DNA of 64,000 nucleotides from Escherichia coli (GTDB lineage Bacteria; Pseudomonadota; Gammaproteobacteria; Enterobacterales; Enterobacteriaceae): NCBI RefSeq assembly GCF_003334765.1, contig NZ_QOWT01000003.1; one strand, 5' to 3'. Shown piece by piece: positions 29,475 to 40,494 of this stretch (position 1 is its first letter; each line of letters starts with the position of its first letter). The notes under the pieces were generated by a model. It saw only the letters and a program-made list of their open reading frames with translations, ran no database searches and was not told where the DNA came from. The position numbers and the translations under genes were made by a program.

Positions 29475-30851
29475 TTATCGCATACAAATTCTCGTCAGCT
29501 GCTTTAATTTCAAAATGTTGTCAATTATAACTCGATGGCTTTCACTCTCAGTTTCTTTATAGTAGAGTTTAATGTTGTTTTTGAGCGGGTTAGGCACATA
29601 CATATCTACACATTCTTTTATCACAACTGCTTTTCGTCTTCTGGGTTCGAGTTGTAGTGATTTGTCTATACAAATCCTTGCCTCTTCAATTTTTTCATTA
29701 TGAAAGTGGACTAGTGCCCTATAGTAGTAGAGAGAGGCTATATCAGTTGAGTGTATCTTAGCCTGTTCAAATAAGATATGAGATACTTTTGCTTGTCCAG
29801 ACAGACCAGTTATCAGTCCCATAATAGCTAAAATTTTTCCATCGACAGTGGTTATGTCTGATACATAATCTAAAAGCTCTAATGCTTTTTGAGCAGCAAG
29901 TTCAAGTTCACTTTTTCCATGAAGTGCCAAAGACATATGGCATTCCGCTAGAAGGCAATAACATTCTGTTTTTAGCGTCTGTATATCACTTTTATTTTGT
30001 AATCTATCAAATATAGTCATGGCCCTGTAAATGCTTTCAGGGGTGAAGTCGTAAAGTTCTTTCTTTCCGGCTAACATTTCATCTGATAAATAATGATTCT
30101 TATATCCTTGGTCCTGCTTAGCTAATCTTACAGATCGTTCTGGTTTATGTACCGTTTGAAGGATATTATCTATAATAAATTGTGATGTATTATGTAGTTC
30201 ATCAACAGGGAGATGATTACTGGCGATGAGGAAAAGGTTTTTAGCGTCGATCAACTCAATGTATAAAGTGTTCACTGCATTATTCTGGTTTATTCTTCCT
30301 GTAACGAAATAATCTGGCTTGAATCTGCTCAAGAATGAATTTTGAGATATGTGATCATTACAAAAATTTGTCGCAGCCATCGGATAGGTATAGAGACCAT
30401 CGATTTTTTTATTTGAAATGATTTGCACTAATTCCTGATTAAGTATTAATGGATCCAGTGTATTCAATGAAGTAGTGAAAGGGAATATAGCTATGGAATA
30501 GTCTGAAGTATTATCTTCATTAATTTTAGTTTTGAAAACCTGCCCGCTGAAACGATAACCTTTCCGGTAGATTGTTTCTATGCAACGATCATAGCCAATT
30601 TTTTCAAAAATGCAGCGCAAAGAATAGATACATCTTGTCAGGGACTCGTCACTAACAATAATATTTTTCCATACTGATTCGATGATCATATCTTTCAGTA
30701 CAACATGACCAGCGGATTCAAGTAATACTATTAATACACCTAACTCTTTCTGTGGAATATAAACTTGCTCATTTCCTTGAGTAAGAATTCCATCTTCCGT
30801 GAGCGTTAATCCCTCAAGAAAATGATATGAGAATTTATTTTCTAAGTCCAT
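29475..30851 (-). CDS. ygeH: HilA-like transcriptional regulator (OmpR-type winged helix plus TPR-like region)
   Basis: 458 aa; N-terminal OmpR/ToxR-type DNA-binding pattern (IYRKGYRF) and a long helical repeat region. Confidence 0.85.
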
Positions 30852-31185
30852 TAGTTAACCTCTATGAAAAAATTGGTTTCTTGCATCCTGCTTAAGCAAT
30901 AGAAATTATGGCTATTCATATTTATGTGTCATTAACGCTACAGGAAATTACATTTGACATATCTATGGTTGTGTTCACTAATTTATCTTAGGAATTCAGT
31001 GATGTAATCTGAAATAGCCTTATTCAATTTTGATAAAGTAGATTGTTCTCTAACGCATTGAAAAATAATGATTTATAGTATGCTCTTAACTGTTTTAAGA
31101 TGCTGATTTAAGAAAACATAAGAGGTGCTGGTTATAGTGGTTAACTGCACTATAACCAGCAAATTTAACCAAATGATTGTAATTC

Positions 31186-31710
31186 TTAGCCATTATCTTC
31201 TGAATTATCGTTTAAGAGTTCAATATATGCCTGCGCTTTACTCTTAACACTATCATCCTCACAATTGTTAATAATGTGATAGAAACATTGCATTGCGTTA
31301 TCGATATTTTTAGCCCCAATCTGACATTGACCCATACGATAAATAACTGAATAGTCATCATACGGGAAGTAATTGTAACTTAGTTTGTAAAGGTCATATG
31401 CTTGTTGATATTTCTTTTTGGGCTGACATACTGATGCAAAATCTTTTAGATACTCATGATTTTCGAACGCATAAATGCACAAGAATTTATAATAAATTTC
31501 TGCGTCCGTTATATTACCCTTTTCATGGTAGTCGAATGCATATGCATATATTCTATCAAGGATATCAGGAGTTAAACCATGTAGTAATGCCAGATTTTCT
31601 CCTTTCGATAATGCGTGTTTTAGTTGATTTGCCCATTCATCACTATTATTGAATATTTCAATTGTTTCTGTGCTCAGAATATTCCTCTGTGATGTGTCTC
31701 GTGATGCCAA
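31186..31710 (-). CDS. ygeG: class II T3SS chaperone (SicA/LcrH/SycD-like TPR protein)
   Basis: 174-aa ORF (true start may be about 11 codons in); TPR-like repeats with aromatic-rich pattern. Confidence 0.75.
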   Translation of the reverse strand: MASRDTSQRNILSTETIEIFNNSDEWANQLKHALSKGENLALLHGLTPDILDRIYAYAFDYHEKGNITDAEIYYKFLCIYAFENHEYLKDFASVCQPKKKYQQAYDLYKLSYNYFPYDDYSVIYRMGQCQIGAKNIDNAMQCFYHIINNCEDDSVKSKAQAYIELLNDNSEDNG

Positions 31711-31944
31711 ATTATTATTGATTGACTCATTGATATTTTTATATTTATCTTTTTTAAATTATGAGTTTTAAGCTTGCATTGCTTATGGTATATTTTTCAT
31801 TATTGGTAAAAGTACTGTTCACTACAAACTAATAACATCATTAGTTGTTTTACTAATATTCACCTTATTAGTTATCTTAATTACGACATTACATAAATGC
31901 CTTAATGTGTATGACCTGGATTCATAGTATCAATTGCCATTTTT

Positions 31945-32391
31945 TCAATGAAAATTAAAAAGGGGATTTTTGAGAAGGGTAGAATGTCGTTTGTTTTTTT
32001 CTTTATTATGTCTGGTGACGCGGGGGGATAGAACGTCTGTGCATATAGTAGTGAATTTATTCAGGTCTACATTATTCTCTATTTTGGTCAGTTTTATGAG
32101 TTCATTTACAGCCATACTCATTAAATCATCTGTTATCGAAAATTTATATATGCTCATAGCAGATAATATTGCTTGCTGAATTATCTCTTCAGAAATATCC
32201 GCTATCTTTATTGACAAATCATGTGTTAGATATTTTCCTCCAAGAGATTCTTGTTCAATATAATTTAAACCAGACCCCATTGTGATTTTAACTGGATTAA
32301 CGGATTTCTCTTCATTTTTCTTATTTTTGTTCTCCTGATCAGGAACTAATGGTTGCAGTGGTAGGCTATTATTAATATTTCGTGGCTTCAT
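31945..32391 (-). CDS. ygeF: hypothetical ETT2 protein (ygeF-like; annotated as a pseudogene in K-12)
   Basis: 148-aa ORF in the position of ygeF; no recognisable domain. Confidence 0.5.
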   Translation of the reverse strand: MKPRNINNSLPLQPLVPDQENKNKKNEEKSVNPVKITMGSGLNYIEQESLGGKYLTHDLSIKIADISEEIIQQAILSAMSIYKFSITDDLMSMAVNELIKLTKIENNVDLNKFTTICTDVLSPRVTRHNKEKNKRHSTLLKNPLFNFH

Positions 32392-32584
32392 TTTACATTT
32401 CTCTCATTTGATTAGAGCAAAATCCGAATTCGCAGCTTCTGATAATGTCAAATATCACCTTATGGAGACGTTACGTAGAATGACTATATTTGTTATCGGC
32501 ACATTAGGGGTATTAATTTTAGTATTGATGGAAGGTGATTATTGAACAGTAACATCGAGTCACGGTAAAAATGTGAGGTATACA

Positions 32585-33010
32585 ATGGACATTGAATTTT
32601 CGCAGATTCATGAAATGGTCTATATGCATGATATTGTAAATTCGGACTCGAAAAAGAAACCAAGGATTCCGTTAAAAAAATTCCTTAATGCTGAGAATGT
32701 TCTCACGCAAACAACATCATGGACATTAAATTCAAGATATGTGAATGTTAATTCTGTCAATAAAGTCAACGTAAAGAGTAAAGTTAAAAACAGTTATATC
32801 TCACGATCTGTCAATGATGAGTTTAGTTTAACAGATGATGAAATCAATTCTTTTAAAGAAACGTTAGTCCTTTCCTCTATTGATTCACTGAGTAAACTGG
32901 TTCTTAATAATCCTCTTTCTGTATTGTTTACATCGACTGTACGAAGGAATAATAATCGAGCTAAGATGAATGTCGAGTTCGACTCATGGATTTGCACCAG
33001 ATGTTGTTGA
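32585..33010 (+). CDS. yqeK: hypothetical protein YqeK
   Basis: ATG at 32585 with GAGG upstream gives 141 aa (ORF track start 32573 is a GTG); AT-rich, no recognisable domain. Confidence 0.6.
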
Positions 33011-33158
33011 TACATGATATTTTACATTGCAAGGAGATGTCTAAAATGAAAGATGTTGATCAAATCTTTGATGCTTTAGACTGCCATATACTGCGAGAAT
33101 ATTTAATTTTATTGTTTTATGATTAACGAGGTTCCATCTTTTTGTTATCTATTTTAGT

Positions 33159-33653
33159 TTACCTTGCACAATGCATTATTGCTCTGTTACCAATGCTCAA
33201 AATAAAAGCATGCTTACCTTGCTTTAGTATATTATAGCTTACACTTTTTTCTGGAAAGACATAAAAATCAGGAATAAGTTGTGCAAGTCTATCATCATCA
33301 ACTTGATCCATAATCTCAAACTTATTAACTTTCTTTGATGTTAAATGGGCTGTGTCATAGTTTTCAATCCATGTGTATTCAATATTTCGCCGTATTGATT
33401 TACTTTCTCTGTTACCTTGTTGCCAGGTTCCACTCAACGCAACAGTTCCTGTTTTATTTTTTTTGTTATACATAAAGTCGATGGTAAGATTTGCTCGTCC
33501 CTGGTCATTAAAAATTACCCAATTTGCAGTGCATGTTTCGTTATATATCATTTTTTCTGCAGTGTAAGAATAGACAGTGAAGAGAATAAACCCACTGATA
33601 AAAACTAAAATAAATAATAAGTTTTTTTTATAATCAATCACGATTAACCTCAC
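33159..33653 (-). CDS. yqeJ: single-pass membrane protein YqeJ (possible ToxS-like partner of YqeI)
   Basis: 164-aa ORF, N-terminal TM segment (LLFILVFISGFILFTVYSY), overlaps the yqeI 3' end by 20 nt. Confidence 0.65.
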   Translation of the reverse strand: MRLIVIDYKKNLLFILVFISGFILFTVYSYTAEKMIYNETCTANWVIFNDQGRANLTIDFMYNKKNKTGTVALSGTWQQGNRESKSIRRNIEYTWIENYDTAHLTSKKVNKFEIMDQVDDDRLAQLIPDFYVFPEKSVSYNILKQGKHAFILSIGNRAIMHCAR

Positions 33654-34443
33654 GGTAAGACAGGGTTAAACAGTTTGCCACTTCATGTTGGTTATAGTTT
33701 TTATTGCATGCCATAACAATCATCCCCGGTGAGGATTTTGCAAGAGGGAAGTATAACCACGGATGTTTTTTACAGTTAATCCCCGAATCCAGTATCCGTG
33801 TTTTATATTTATCGAACTCTTTCAACCCATCAATTGTATCTTCTGTTACATTAAAATGGCAGCCATTAATTTCCGCAACAGTCTTGTAATCCTTGAAAAA
33901 TGGCTTCGGTTGATTATTATTCCATAGCCAATATGCAGAATATGCGCCTATGACAAATGCGCTCAACATAATTAGATGACTTTTTATATGTTTGAGGATT
34001 TTGTTATTGAAATTCTTTGCGCCACCAATGCTCTCTTTGTATCCCGCATTAACTTTTATGGCAGGTGGGGCATTGTGTGTATGTGCGTCTGTTGACGAGT
34101 TTATTACATGATTTTGTATGTTAATGTCATTATGGATCTTGAATCCTCTTCTCGGCACGGTTGCAATTAGCGAGTGGGTAGTATCACCAACAGCGCGAAA
34201 TCCGCGTCTGATAATGGATATGTTCTGATATAACGTGTTAGTAGGCACACGCATACCTTCTTCTTCCCAGACTCTGGTGAAAAAATCTTGTTGTGCAACC
34301 ACATCAGGAAAAGCTTCAAGTAGAAGTGATAAACATCGACTGGCTGGCGTTGTCAGAACGACGTTAAGATCGGCGTTATGTACCGATATTAATTTTCGGT
34401 GCTCAGGCCAGAACTCGATATTATCGTTAATAATCCAGTACAT
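33634..34443 (-). CDS. yqeI: ToxR-like membrane-bound transcriptional regulator YqeI
   Basis: 269 aa; N-terminal OmpR/ToxR-type winged helix (ATVPRRGFKI), central TM segment (IMLSAFVIGAYSAYWLW), C-terminal periplasmic region. Confidence 0.85.
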   Translation of the reverse strand: MYWIINDNIEFWPEHRKLISVHNADLNVVLTTPASRCLSLLLEAFPDVVAQQDFFTRVWEEEGMRVPTNTLYQNISIIRRGFRAVGDTTHSLIATVPRRGFKIHNDINIQNHVINSSTDAHTHNAPPAIKVNAGYKESIGGAKNFNNKILKHIKSHLIMLSAFVIGAYSAYWLWNNNQPKPFFKDYKTVAEINGCHFNVTEDTIDGLKEFDKYKTRILDSGINCKKHPWLYFPLAKSSPGMIVMACNKNYNQHEVANCLTLSYREVNRD

Positions 34444-34776
34444 ACGTCAATAAACACTAAATCAATCGAAATGGAGATCACATAGTTTGCTAAGTATATT
34501 GGTATTTACGGCATAAATATATATTAATTTTATATTTATCATGATGATTGAAATGAGGCTTTAATGTTGCAACGTAAAACTTTACGTAAATTAACATGGT
34601 TAACATTTATGCCACTATTGTTTGTAAATTCATATTTTGTAATGCTTCTGAATTTTTCGTGTGATGGTTTTAAATACTATGGTGTTTACTCTTGAGGGGA
34701 CGGCCTATTTATAAAATACGGACATTTCAATAAATGCCCGTATAAACAGAGTATGATTCTGGCTGGTCGTTGAGTA

Positions 34777-35409
34777 TCAATGTTGGACCGAATGTGAACG
34801 AATAAATAATTCGTTTATTTTACCACCCATTCTCTTTTCGATTCGTTGCTTGTACGCGTAGATGCTACGGATATCCATATCCAGAACTTCAGCAATCTGA
34901 TATGGATTATAACCAGAAACCATATACCCCATTATGGTGAATTCCATCTGAGTTAATGTGTTACCTCTGGTAAATGATAAATAACGACCAATAAATAGTT
35001 GTCTGATCTTTTCATTGGCAACATCAAGACCATCATCATTATATATGACAGCAGATATTGCTGAGTTGTGTTTTCGCCAGTAATTAGCTAACGATTGCAT
35101 ATTGCGGTCGCTGACTAAAACAATCCCCATGTCAGTACTTGCAAGATAGTCAATCCAGTCTTTTTCAAGGAATAGACGTAAAAAACTTACTGAAAAATCG
35201 ACAAAAATATATCCGCTTAATCTCGCATTGTGGTTTTTTGTTAAGATACCTTCTACCACACCACGATTAAAATATGAACTTTCTTCGGGCCACATACAAA
35301 AACACGAGTTTGCGCAATACTGCAAACGCGGTGACTCTTCTGGCATTATTTGGCAATGCATTGAGCAACTATTGCATGTAAGACTTTTATAACGACTACA
35401 AAGCCCCAT
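34777..35409 (-). CDS. yqeH: LuxR-family transcriptional regulator YqeH
   Basis: ORF track 34777..35469 (230 aa); the internal Met at 35409 gives the 210-aa length recalled for K-12; C-terminal HTH-like region. Confidence 0.65.
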   Translation of the reverse strand: MGLCSRYKSLTCNSCSMHCQIMPEESPRLQYCANSCFCMWPEESSYFNRGVVEGILTKNHNARLSGYIFVDFSVSFLRLFLEKDWIDYLASTDMGIVLVSDRNMQSLANYWRKHNSAISAVIYNDDGLDVANEKIRQLFIGRYLSFTRGNTLTQMEFTIMGYMVSGYNPYQIAEVLDMDIRSIYAYKQRIEKRMGGKINELFIRSHSVQH

Positions 35410-35868
35410 GTTAAGAACCTCCCTATCCGTATATAATTGCATAATTTCATTGGTTATTGATGATGTCAATACACCATGATTTTGTAATTTTGCCGGGAAA
35501 AATTGCGATTAATCTGTATTTGCTATAATTCTGAGTAAGGCATTTAAAAATGCATTTCTCGTTATCAAATATGATTATGTTTCACTGATTTAATCTTGCA
35601 TGGTTGAGAGCGGTCCAGATAACTATCTCATGGTATAAGAATATCTATATCGCAAATTGTTTTTGAATGACCAGAAGATATCTTGCGAATCTAAGTTATG
35701 CATCTTAAATAGTCTTATTTAAGATGTTCAGATCTCTTTGTGTGTTTAACTAACTGATAATACTAGGATATGACGAGAGAAGTGATAGGGTGGAATAATA
35801 ACAAATGAATATTATGAAAAATGGAATGGTTCAAAATTGTAGCAATTTTGAACCATCCACAACTGATA

Positions 35869-37098
35869 TTAGCTAAAGAACATTACCGATACGCACAGGA
35901 TACCCACGATCAGCGTAATCAGATTTCCGATGGAACGCCAGGGTTTAAGCGCCGGGATGAGATACGTTGACAGCGTAGGCATGATGAAAAGTATCATGGC
36001 AATGAGCGGGCCGCTGATCGCGTAAATCATCGAAATCGCGTTCGGGTTAATGCAACAAACAATGAAGGTAATCAGCGATACCAACATAATTGATAGTGCG
36101 CGGTTAAATGCACGACTTTTCTTTACACCAACCTGCTGTAGTGTTGTTTTGACGACCTCTGTGGCACCTTCAATAACGCCAAAGTACGTACCCAGGAATG
36201 ATTTCGACATCGCAACTACTGCGACAATAATCCCGGAAATTGACAACCATGCTGGGGCGTTCGGCAGCATAGAAAGCGCCGATAAAATGGTGACCCCTTC
36301 TTCTTTAGCAGCTTCAATATACGAAGGTGGAATAGAAAGCAGGCAGCTAAAGACAAAGAACAGTACACTTATGCAGATGATGAGATAAGCGACTTTCATA
36401 ATTTTTTTGCATTTATCCATAGCGTGTTCGCCATATTTTTCACGTCTGTCTATGGCAAACGTAGAAATAATGGGCGTATGGCTAAAGGCGAAAACCATCA
36501 CGGGAATCGATATCCATATCTGGTGAAGGGTATTCTGATTGAACTCTACCTGGGTTGTTAATAGATCAGGTTGCCAACTACCGACAAGGTAAATGGAAAG
36601 AAATAAGAAATAGGCAATCAATGGGAATACCAAAAATCCCATTACCCGAATAGTGGCATGACGTCCCATCAGAAAAATGAGATTCAGAATTAATACAACA
36701 CCCAGACTCACCAACATACGGATGCGAAGATCAATAACCATATGCTTTGCCAGCTGTTCCGTAAGTGAGTTGGTAATTGCCACTGCATATATCAACACGA
36801 CGACAAAAAAGGCGATGAAGTACAGCGTGGTAATCAGATTACCAATCTTCTTGCCATAGTAGTGTGTTACCGCGCCCGTTATCCCTTCACCTGCTGATGT
36901 TTTTGATGAGAGGATGAACTGGCACAAGGCTTTATGTGGCCAATATGTTAAAGGCCAGGCGACCAGAGCAGTAATAAACAGGACCACAGCCCCTGCCGAA
37001 CCTAACTGAATAGGAAGGAAGAGCGTGCCTGCACCAACGGCTGTGCCGTAGAGCGCGAAACTCCACAGAGTTTCTTCTTTAGACCAAATATTAGACAT
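35869..37098 (-). CDS. yqeG: HAAAP-family amino acid transporter YqeG
   Basis: 409-aa polytopic membrane protein with SdaC/TdcC-like pattern. Confidence 0.85.
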   Translation of the reverse strand: MSNIWSKEETLWSFALYGTAVGAGTLFLPIQLGSAGAVVLFITALVAWPLTYWPHKALCQFILSSKTSAGEGITGAVTHYYGKKIGNLITTLYFIAFFVVVLIYAVAITNSLTEQLAKHMVIDLRIRMLVSLGVVLILNLIFLMGRHATIRVMGFLVFPLIAYFLFLSIYLVGSWQPDLLTTQVEFNQNTLHQIWISIPVMVFAFSHTPIISTFAIDRREKYGEHAMDKCKKIMKVAYLIICISVLFFVFSCLLSIPPSYIEAAKEEGVTILSALSMLPNAPAWLSISGIIVAVVAMSKSFLGTYFGVIEGATEVVKTTLQQVGVKKSRAFNRALSIMLVSLITFIVCCINPNAISMIYAISGPLIAMILFIMPTLSTYLIPALKPWRSIGNLITLIVGILCVSVMFFS

Positions 37099-37352
37099 TA
37101 TCTGAACGTATCATCTACAAATTAAACAAAATGGAGGGCAATTTACCATAAACCAGGTTAAGTATGGGAGATTAACGCCCTATCTACCCCTCTATTGGTG
37201 GGTTAGTGGTTGCAAACCTTACGTGCCAGTTATGTCTCTGACTGCTGCTCAGGCATATTTCCTTTGTGATAAAAATCACTTTTTTTAAACAATTAAGATA
37301 ACTGTAATTAACAATCATTTACTATTGCACTGTTAATTGGTGCGAGGTTGTG

Positions 37353-38534
37353 ATGAAAGACGTTGTGATTGTCGGGGCGTTACGGACACCTATCGGCTGC
37401 TTTCGTGGTGCGTTAGCGGGTCATTCCGCCGTGGAACTTGGTAGTCTGGTCGTGAAAGCGTTAATAGAACGTACCGGCGTTCCTGCATATGCGGTGGATG
37501 AAGTAATTCTTGGTCAGGTGTTGACTGCAGGGGCAGGGCAGAATCCGGCAAGGCAATCGGCTATTAAAGGTGGTCTGCCTAATAGCGTTTCTGCAATCAC
37601 TATTAATGACGTTTGCGGTTCCGGGCTTAAAGCACTGCATCTGGCTACTCAGGCGATACAGTGTGGCGAGGCTGATATTGTCATCGCCGGTGGCCAGGAA
37701 AACATGAGCCGCGCACCACATGTTCTGACTGATAGCCGCACCGGTGCACAGCTTGGCAATAGCCAGTTGGTTGACAGTCTTGTGCATGATGGGTTGTGGG
37801 ATGCCTTCAATGATTATCATATTGGTGTCACCGCCGAAAATCTGGCTCGCGAATATGGCATCAGCCGTCAGTTGCAGGATGCTTACGCACTTAGCTCGCA
37901 ACAAAAAGCGCGAGCGGCGATTGACGCCGGACGATTTAAAGATGAGATCGTCCCGGTAATGACCCAAAGTAACGGGCAGACGTTGGTTGTTGATACCGAT
38001 GAACAGCCACGCACTGACGCCAGCGCAGAAGGCTTAGCCCGTTTAAATCCTTCATTTGATAGTCTCGGTTCTGTGACAGCGGGTAATGCATCATCCATAA
38101 ACGATGGCGCAGCTGCGGTAATGATGATGAGCGAAGCCAAAGCACGAGCGTTGAATTTACCCGTGCTGGCCCGCATTCGCGCATTTGCCAGCGTTGGTGT
38201 AGATCCGGCATTGATGGGAATTGCGCCGGTGTATGCGACCCGCCGTTGCCTGGAGCGTGTAGGCTGGCAGTTGGCTGAAGTCGATCTTATCGAGGCTAAT
38301 GAAGCGTTTGCTGCACAGGCGCTTTCGGTTGGCAAGATGCTTGAGTGGGATGAGCGTCGGGTCAATGTCAATGGTGGCGCGATCGCACTCGGTCACCCGA
38401 TAGGCGCTTCCGGTTGCCGAATCCTGGTTTCTCTGGTTCATGAAATGGTGAAACGTAATGCCCGCAAAGGACTGGCAACGCTTTGTATCGGCGGGGGCCA
38501 GGGTGTGGCATTGACCATTGAACGTGACGAATAG
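37353..38534 (+). CDS. yqeF: acetyl-CoA acetyltransferase (thiolase II) YqeF
   Basis: 393 aa from MKDVVIVGA; thiolase motifs (NDVCGSGLKAL active-site Cys region, C-terminal CIGGGQG). Confidence 0.93.
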   Translation: MKDVVIVGALRTPIGCFRGALAGHSAVELGSLVVKALIERTGVPAYAVDEVILGQVLTAGAGQNPARQSAIKGGLPNSVSAITINDVCGSGLKALHLATQAIQCGEADIVIAGGQENMSRAPHVLTDSRTGAQLGNSQLVDSLVHDGLWDAFNDYHIGVTAENLAREYGISRQLQDAYALSSQQKARAAIDAGRFKDEIVPVMTQSNGQTLVVDTDEQPRTDASAEGLARLNPSFDSLGSVTAGNASSINDGAAAVMMMSEAKARALNLPVLARIRAFASVGVDPALMGIAPVYATRRCLERVGWQLAEVDLIEANEAFAAQALSVGKMLEWDERRVNVNGGAIALGHPIGASGCRILVSLVHEMVKRNARKGLATLCIGGGQGVALTIERDE

Positions 38535-38820
38535 CTCTGCATTTCCTCCTTACCGATAAATATCTGCCGTCATTAATCTGTTGAATAATGATGGCTGGCA
38601 AGTCGACATACATTTTCTGGGCTCCCTCATTTTTCCATTCTCATGACATATTCGTGATCGACACTGCACTTTTTTTAATCCTTAACTTAAAAATGAAACA
38701 TTGTTTTATTTTTAATTGAAAACCCTAGCCCATGGGCATATCATCCCTTTATAGAGAAAACGAAACAGTGTTTCACTATCGTTTTCTATTTTCACGCTTT
38801 ACTGATTATCGGAGGTTGAT

Positions 38821-39657
38821 GTGGACGTAAGACAGAGCATCCACAGTGCGCACGCAAAAACGCTGGATACCCAAGGGCTGCGCAATGAATTTTTGGTTGA
38901 AAAGGTATTTGTCGCCGATGAGTACACCATGGTTTACAGCCACATTGACCGAATTATTGTTGGCGGCATTATGCCGATAACTAAAACGGTTTCCGTTGGC
39001 GGGGAAGTTGGTAAACAACTCGGCGTAAGCTATTTCCTTGAACGTCGCGAGTTAGGTGTTATCAATATTGGCGGTGCCGGTACGATTACTGTCGATGGCC
39101 AATGCTATGAAATCGGTCACCGCGACGCCCTGTATGTTGGTAAAGGTGCAAAAGAAGTTGTCTTTGCCAGTATTGATACCGGCACTCCGGCGAAGTTTTA
39201 TTACAATTGCGCACCCGCGCATACGACGTATCCCACCAAAAAAGTCACACCGGACGAAGTATCTCCAGTCACGTTAGGCGATAACCTCACCAGTAACCGT
39301 CGCACGATTAACAAATATTTTGTCCCGGATGTACTGGAAACCTGCCAATTGAGTATGGGGCTGACGGAGCTGGCTCCGGGTAACTTGTGGAACACCATGC
39401 CGTGTCACACCCACGAGCGCCGGATGGAAGTTTATTTCTATTTCAATATGGATGATGACGCCTGCGTTTTCCACATGATGGGGCAGCCGCAAGAAACGCG
39501 TCATATTGTGATGCATAACGAGCAGGCGGTGATCTCCCCGAGCTGGTCGATCCATTCCGGTGTCGGAACCAAAGCTTATACCTTTATCTGGGGCATGGTC
39601 GGTGAAAACCAGGTCTTTGATGATATGGACCATGTGGCCGTTAAAGATTTGCGCTAG
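38821..39657 (+). CDS. kduI: 5-dehydro-4-deoxy-D-glucuronate isomerase
   Basis: 278-aa ORF matching KduI in length and N-terminus; followed by kduD. Confidence 0.93.
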
Positions 39658-39686
39658 TTGTGGGCATAAACGAATAAGGTATTGTT

Positions 39687-40448
39687 ATGATTTTAAGTGC
39701 ATTTTCTCTCGAAGGTAAAGTTGCGGTCGTCACTGGTTGTGATACTGGACTGGGTCAGGGGATGGCGTTGGGGCTGGCGCAAGCGGGCTGTGACATTGTT
39801 GGCATTAACATCGTTGAACCGACTGAAACCATCGAGCAGGTCACAGCGCTGGGGCGTCGTTTTTTAAGCCTGACCGCCGATCTGCGAAAGATTGATGGTA
39901 TTCCAGCACTGCTGGATCGCGCGGTAGCGGAGTTTGGTCATATTGATATCCTGGTGAATAACGCCGGATTGATTCGCCGCGAAGATGCTCTCGAGTTCAG
40001 CGAAAAGGACTGGGACGATGTCATGAACCTGAATATCAAGAGCGTATTCTTCATGTCTCAGGCAGCGGCGAAACACTTTATCGCGCAAGGCAATGGCGGC
40101 AAGATTATCAATATCGCGTCAATGCTCTCCTTCCAGGGCGGGATCCGTGTGCCTTCTTATACCGCATCAAAAAGCGGCGTGATGGGTGTGACGCGATTGA
40201 TGGCGAACGAATGGGCTAAACACAACATTAATGTTAATGCGATAGCCCCGGGTTACATGGCGACCAACAATACTCAACAACTACGGGCAGATGAACAACG
40301 TAGCGCGGAAATTCTCGACCGCATTCCAGCTGGTCGTTGGGGACTGCCGAGTGACCTGATGGGGCCGATAGTGTTCCTTGCCTCCAGCGCTTCAGATTAT
40401 GTGAATGGTTATACCATTGCCGTGGATGGCGGTTGGCTGGCGCGTTAA
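39687..40448 (+). CDS. kduD: 2-dehydro-3-deoxy-D-gluconate 5-dehydrogenase (SDR family)
   Basis: 253 aa; SDR glycine-rich NAD-binding motif TGCDTGLG and YxxxK catalytic motif. Confidence 0.93.
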   Translation: MILSAFSLEGKVAVVTGCDTGLGQGMALGLAQAGCDIVGINIVEPTETIEQVTALGRRFLSLTADLRKIDGIPALLDRAVAEFGHIDILVNNAGLIRREDALEFSEKDWDDVMNLNIKSVFFMSQAAAKHFIAQGNGGKIINIASMLSFQGGIRVPSYTASKSGVMGVTRLMANEWAKHNINVNAIAPGYMATNNTQQLRADEQRSAEILDRIPAGRWGLPSDLMGPIVFLASSASDYVNGYTIAVDGGWLAR

Positions 40449-40468
40449 TTCATTCTTCTTACTTTTAT

Positions 40469-40494
40469 GACCCTGCCGCATGGCAGGGTTTTTT
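40469..40494 (+). terminator. rho-independent terminator after kduD
   Basis: Hairpin accctgccgcatggcagggt followed by a T-run. Confidence 0.7.

Larger units (their letters stand above)
17088..37100. other. ETT2 genomic island remnant adjacent to glyU
   Basis: Visibly AT-rich block next to a tRNA gene containing type III secretion homologs and ETT2-associated regulators; far boundary approximate and inferred from composition. Confidence 0.8.

Noticed and set aside
35470-35868. Partial tRNA-Gly 3'-end direct repeat marking the far ETT2 boundary
   Set aside because: Searched by eye in the yqeH-yqeG and yqeG-yqeF intergenic regions and found no match to the glyU 3' end; the island boundary therefore rests on composition only.
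17088-37100. Insertion sequence or transposase within the island (K-12 carries an IS2 in the corresponding region)
   Set aside because: No transposase-like ORF and no terminal inverted repeats were seen in this window; the island here is IS-free as far as I can tell.
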